This document shows positions 58,079 through 64,000 of a stretch of 64,000 nucleotides of DNA, piece after piece. Position 1 is the stretch's first letter, and every line of letters starts with the position of its first letter. Location: contig MU054212.1 of the NCBI GenBank assembly GCA_013239625.1, forward strand, positions 434,001 through 498,000, in the 5' to 3' direction. The DNA comes from Lama guanicoe (Eukaryota). The notes under the pieces are model-generated. The model was given only the letters and a program-made list of their open reading frames with translations. It had not been told where the DNA came from and did not search any database. The position numbers and the translations under genes are program-made.

Positions 58079-59413
58079 AAAGACTCACATATGATTGTAA
58101 GAAAAGTTTCAAGAAGGCCAAAGACTGAATGATTAGACACTTGTCAAGACTCAAGCGTCAACACTGTATTCAAGTACAATAAGAATATAACCGTTGCGAG
58201 TTTCAGAAAGAAGGTAGAATTTCTGATAAGCTAGAAAAGGTAGCACAAACGTGGTTAAAAGAGGGCTGGAGAGCAAAATGGTAAGTGGGTAAGTTGTGAG
58301 AAAGCACCACCAGGAACCTACGCCCATACCCCAAGGAGGCTGTGCTAGGTCTGCTCACCCTGGAAGACTCAACCCTTGCCTCAGGCTCAGGGAGCCATCC
58401 TGTCCCCATTAGGAAAATCTAATAAACCACATGCCAGTAGCTCCATCAGTGAGTGAGCAAGACTGACCTCTGGAAATAAAGTCGCTGGTCTGGCTTCTCA
58501 TACTACTGGCCAGGTCTTAACTTCAAGGGGCTTCTAGTCTGGTTTGGGGAAATAAGATGCATTGAAACAACAATTCCAAATGTCCAAAAACACCAGAAGA
58601 TAGAGTCCTAAATGAGTTGCACAGATGATGCACAGCATAGGCCAAGGAAAGGAACAGCTGTAGCTTGAGTCAGCAGGGAGTGACACAAAAGAAGCTGTAA
58701 CCCTGATTTTAAAAAGGGACAGGTTTTGAATAACCACAAAAAAAAAAAAAGAGAGAGAGAGAACACATTTGTGGAAAGTACAGAATTGGTGGGGAGGGCA
58801 GGGAAGAAAATGAGCAAAGGCCTCATCCTTTGGCCATGTCTTGACTTAGGACATAGAAACCTTAACGAATTCCCTAGCAGGCATGTACTTGGACTCTGGC
58901 CTTCTCGTCTGGCTCAGCCCGTGGATATTTCTGGGCTCTGGACTTCAACAGTGCACCTGCCCCTGACTCACTGCTGCTCAGCCCTCGGGTTTTCCTGTAC
59001 TCTGGCCTCGATCTCTCAGATCTCTTTTGGCCAAATGACCCAATGCCTCAGCCTGATACAAGGAGGTGTCACTTGTCACCTTTGGACAAACAGCTCAGAC
59101 ACAATCCTAAGAAAGGGAAGGAACACAGTGTTTTACCTGAAGAGGAAGCTGAAGTCTTTGGGTGCTTTCATGTAATCAAATCCAAGAGAAAATTTGTCCA
59201 AAAATGTTCTCTTTTCCTGTCTAGGCTTTGATACATGCCCTTTAATTTATTCGTTTTTTGTTTTCTAAAAATTTCTAAAAACCTGATAGAGAAATTCACT
59301 TGAATGCATCATGAATGACAGACTGGAATGTTTTTGAGTAAAACTTACTAAAACAGCGGTAACTACATCAGTAGCAGGGTGGTATCTGGAATCAGCTTAA
59401 AAAGCCTTGATCC

Positions 59414-60588
59414 CGGGTTTTCCCAATCCAAATGGCAGAGTAGGAAGACCCTGAGCTCACCTCCTCCCACAGACACACCAAAACCACGACTACATAGAGA
59501 AAAGCTATCCCTGAGGACGACCTGAAGACTGGCAGAAACGGCTTTCTACAACTAAGGATACAGAGGAAAGACCACAGTGAGACAGCGGAGGGGCAGAGTT
59601 GCCGTCCAGTCAGAGCCCACACCCCGGGTGCGGTGACCCATAAAGTGGGAGGGAAATCACAACTGAGGAAGTCGCCCTGCAGGAGGGGACCTGCACTGAG
59701 AAGACGAGCCCCCAGAACACTTGGCTTTAAAAACCAGAGGGCTTACGTCTGGGAGAGCAGGAGGCTTGTGGGAAACTGAGACTCCACTCTTGAAAGGTCT
59801 GCACACAAACTCACCTGCTCCGAGTCTCAGTGCAGAGGCAGCACCTTGGAAAGTTCCTGGGTCATATGAGAAGGTGATTCACTGACTAATTTTAGGGCAG
59901 GGATCTAGTGGAACTTTCTCCAGGACCAAAGCAGTGGTAAGCACCATAACATATCTATCAATAATTAAGTGTACATGGAGTAAAGGGTATAATACATAGG
60001 GTAGCTGAATGCATAAACACTAATTTGAAAAGATATCTGCACCCCTATGTTTATTGATTGACAGTAATCAAGATATGGACACAACCTAAGTGCCTGTCAA
60101 TAGATAAATGGACAAAGAAGATGTAGCACATATACACAATGGAATATTACTCAGCCACGAAAAACAGTGAAATCTTGCCATTTGAGACATGTGTGGACCT
60201 AGAAGGTATTATGCTAAGTGCAATAATTCAGACAGAGAAAGACAAATACTATATGATCTTACCTGTATGTGGAATCTAAAAAACAAATGAACAAACAAAA
60301 CAAAATAGAAACAGACTCATGGATGAATGCAACAAACTGGTGGTCACCAGAGGGGAGGGGTGAGGGATTGGCTGTGGTAAGTAAGGCAGATTAATAGGTG
60401 CAAACTTTCAGTTATAAAATAAGTCACAAGGATATAGGGAATGTAGCCAATAATATCATGACAACTTTGTGTGGTTACTAGACTTACTCTGGTGATAAAT
60501 TTATAATGTACATAAATATTGAATCACTAAGTTGTACACCTAAAACAAATATAATATTGGGTATCACCTACACTTCAATTAAAAAAAG
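59414..60588 (+). mobile_element. Internally deleted L1 keeping 5' UTR, a short ORF2 N-terminal piece, ORF2 C-terminus and 3' UTR
   Basis: L1 5'-like start atggcagagtaggaagaccctgagctcacctcctccca. TYLSII...HRVAECI at 59949-60015 abuts KDICTPMFI. A-tail at 60581-60587. Confidence 0.78.
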
Positions 60589-61245
60589 CTTACGGTTCAG
60601 CCAGAAAGACAATCCATGTACATGGAGAAAATACTACATAAATTTTAAAATGGGAGTTGGGGGACTTTTGTCACAGAAAGTGCTACTTATATACAGTATT
60701 TTAGAATTTAAATAAATGCTCGATTTATTATTTTTTTAAAAAAGTATTGATTCATCAGCTCTACTAAGAGTTGGTGAATCTAGATGAGTCATGATGCCAA
60801 CTGTGACCAAAAAAGCCTGCTGCGTAATTCATGTATATGTTGGGGCCGTAATACTTATGATAGTCTGAAATAAATTACTGTGTTCCTTCTAAATGTGATT
60901 TAAAAAAACAAAACTACATATCACACATCTTTTTTACCTCAATTAAGTTACTGACGTTTACAGACCTGTAATTAAGAAAACAAATTATTTTCCTTCTAAA
61001 AATCAGAAATTGTATTTCCTAGTAAAATGCCCAAGGAGACACAAATTACAGCAGGGTTGGCTATTTATCAAAAATGCATCAAAATACAGTGCTCTTGGAG
61101 GCGGATGAGGTGAGCGTAAGCCGAGCGCTGTGCTTTTTCTTTGTTTACTGGCTCTGCCAACACCATGTTTGGGTTCGTGGGTTGCTGCTTATCTGAAATC
61201 ATGTTGACACAGGCATGAATGTTCTGAATTTTTGAAGGATAAGGG

Positions 61246-61262
61246 TGTGTGTGTGTGTGTGT
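61246..61262. repeat. (GT)n microsatellite
   Basis: Read directly from the sequence. Confidence 0.85.
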
Positions 61263-62539
61263 CTGAGGCTGTTACTGCTGTGCTTGCTGGATTTCTCTTA
61301 ATGAAGAGCTTTGAGAAGCTGTAAAAATTTCACAACATAGATACTTGATAACAACAGCATGTTTTTCTTGGGAAAAACAAGTGGAGACTCAAAGCAGTTG
61401 ATACTGTTAATACACTACTGTTGAGCCAAAAAACCACTCTAGAGGGAAAACTCGAGAACTCCTATGAAGACAGTTTTCTAGGCAGTTTCTAGGAAGACCA
61501 GAGCTTGGATACATCACTTTAATGTATTGATAACTGAGTTTTTAGAGAGGCTGTCCTCAGCTCTTTATTATGAGCTTTCAATTTTATTCTGTTCCACATT
61601 TTAGGAGATTCTAAATTGCTAATACCAACATAAGTTGATGAAGGGATTTCCTCTGAACACTAAAATAGAAAGAATACTTTTTTCTCCCAGAGTCCAAATA
61701 GGACACAAGATAAAGATTCTAGCACAGCATCTTCTACATCAAAGGTTCTTCAAGGAGTCTCTCAAATGTCTGTTGATTGATCATTATGCAAAAAGCAGAT
61801 CAAAGACAAATATTAAAATGAATTATGAAGCTTTGGCATTTTCAAACCCCACGCACATGGAGTTTTACTCATTGAAAGCAAGTGTGCTTCTGTCTAAAAT
61901 CTTACCGCGGTAAAATTCTTCAGCTACGTACAGGAAATAAGTTGTCAACTCATATTTGCATACTGAACATACTTTGATTCTAAGAAACACAAATTATAAG
62001 TATAATGTTATTTTCATATAGCATAACTATGTTCAAATGCAATGTACATATCACTGATTTGCGACATCAGCCCCTGCCGGACCTGTCTTCTACACTGCCT
62101 ACAGAAAGCAGATAAACTACCAGGTCAGAGGCACAGCCTCCCTCAGCCAGGCTGGAAGAACATTCCTCAAGCCTGTTGTACACGGTCCAGATGTTTGTCC
62201 AGAAGCACCAACACAGCCAGCAGGTCTCTTCGGGATCCCAGCCTAAGTTTCTCCTGCTGTTGATGGAGCCAAAACAACACTGCAAGTATGCCCCCCACGA
62301 CACGGTGTATCCGTTAACAGTCATTTACTAAACAAAACCTCCCCCAGACCGCAAATAAACTAATAGTTTTATCAAAAAGACTCTTTAAAAACCATTTTCC
62401 TTTATCTGCTTGTTCGAGAGTGAAAGAGCAGAAACAGCCAGAAGTCTATTAAATGTCCTCGCCTGCTCCATTCTAAACCCCAGTGCTAACTGGTTCAATG
62501 TTCCAGAATTCGCAGAACAGAACACTTGTAACAAGATGT

Positions 62540-63299
62540 ACTGTTTCTACTCATACCATTTCTGACACCAAATGAGGGTTTTTTCCTCTGCTCTCCTCAC
62601 ACCAACTAGGTGCCCTCCAATTCAACTCAATTTTGACAGGAAATACCTAGAATTAGTGCAGAGCCCACAGGCTTGAGGGCTAAGTCCCACACAACTGCCC
62701 CGCCTTCGGATGCTGTCGGCAAGTCCCAGTTATAATGGGTACTTCAGACCAATGGACTGTAAATCTGGGGGTTCTTACAACCCTTTCCTCAGGTTTGATA
62801 ATTCACTAGAGCAGTTCAGAGAACTCAGGTAAACACTTGACTATTTACAGCGTATCATAAATTAGCCTTCAATCAGGAACATCCAATGAAAGGGAAGCAC
62901 AGGGCAAGGTATCAGGGAGGGATGCAGGCTTCCACGCCCCTCCTGGGTGTGCCGCCCCCCCCAGCACCACCATGTGCTCACCCACCCAGCGGCTCTCCCA
63001 AACCCATTGTTTAGGGGGCTTTAGGGAGGCTTCATTGTGCAGGTGTGATAGGTTAAGTCACGGACCATTGGTGGTTGAACTCATTCTCTAACCCCTCCTT
63101 TTTCCTGTAGGTCCAAACCTCAAATCAGGACTTGGCCTTTCTGGAGACTAGCCCCCATCCTCAAGCTACCGAGGGCCCCAAGAGAAGCCTAATTAGAACA
63201 AAAGAGACTGCTTTCATCCACGGAATTCCAAGGGATTTAGGTGTTCTGTATCAGGGATCAGTGACAAAGACCAAATACATATTTCTTACTATAATCACA
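62540..63299 (-). mobile_element. MER21-like ERVL solo LTR
   Basis: ttctgacaccaa...ttcaactcaattttgaca...tcaggtttgataattcactaga...ggaattccaagggatttagg...gaccaaatacatatttctt...tcaca. Confidence 0.82.
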
Positions 63300-64000
63300 C
63301 AAGGTTTATTACTTTTATTGATTTAGTAGAGAGAGGAACAAACCCCATAACTCCCTTCTGTTTGCTTCAATACCCCTCACCTCACTTGGAAAGCTTCCTG
63401 GCAGATGAAAACCTTTGCAGCCACGAGAAAATGGTTTAGTTTTTAGGAAGTACTTCTTTCTAGAAGCTTCCTTCAGCTTCCCTTCCCTTCTGGCTCTTGC
63501 GAGCCAACTGTCTGTTGATGGGTCACCACGCTAAAACCAGATCAAAAATGAGTACTAAAAATGGATTCGGATGTTCAGGCTTGTTCAAACCCCGAGAACA
63601 TGGAGTTTCACCCATTTAAAGCCACCCTTGATCCACGGATCAAGACCCCTTTTCTCACCATCGCTGGTCTTCCCATTGGTCACCAGCTCCCCAGGAGGTC
63701 AGTCTAGGAAACTGCTATGGACCTTCGGCCAGAGGAAAGTGGAGTTTAGACTCTGCGGGGCCCAGCAAAATTAGGGAGACCTACCTAAGAGGGATGGAGG
63801 GGGAGAAAGTGCCCCTACGCTCGAACTGTTCCTGCAAGAACCCCAAAGTCTCCTCCCTTCCTGCTCATCCCCCCCCCATCCTCACATTCACCAAAATGAC
63901 TCATAGATTCTCACCTAAAAGTGGTTATTTTTTAATTTCATATGACAGAAACTTCTAGAGACACTGGTCATATATTCACACATACATTTTGGGATACGCT

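Overview
Mammalian genomic DNA, probably camelid (inferred from several vic-1-like tRNA-derived SINEs). Positions 327-19284 (+) hold the last ten coding exons of RBBP8 (CtIP), from about human-equivalent residue 270 to the stop codon. All ten have GT-AG boundaries and join in one continuous reading frame. The remaining ~44 kb is intergenic and rich in repeats: L1, L2, MIR, hAT DNA transposons, MaLR/ERV solo LTRs and SINEs. I see no novel multi-gene system, and nearly all short ORFs in the track are chance ORFs or repeat-derived. The most notable points are: substitutions at CtIP residues reported as functional in human (N289/H290 and the S745-Q site); an intronic stop + AATAAA + latent donor that could give a truncated CtIP; a 71-bp dispersed near-perfect duplication; an internally deleted L1 that keeps both ends; a CpG-rich solo LTR with intact promoter motifs; and a motif-dense candidate enhancer. 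Repeat family names and human residue comparisons are from memory and need RepeatMasker or alignment confirmation.
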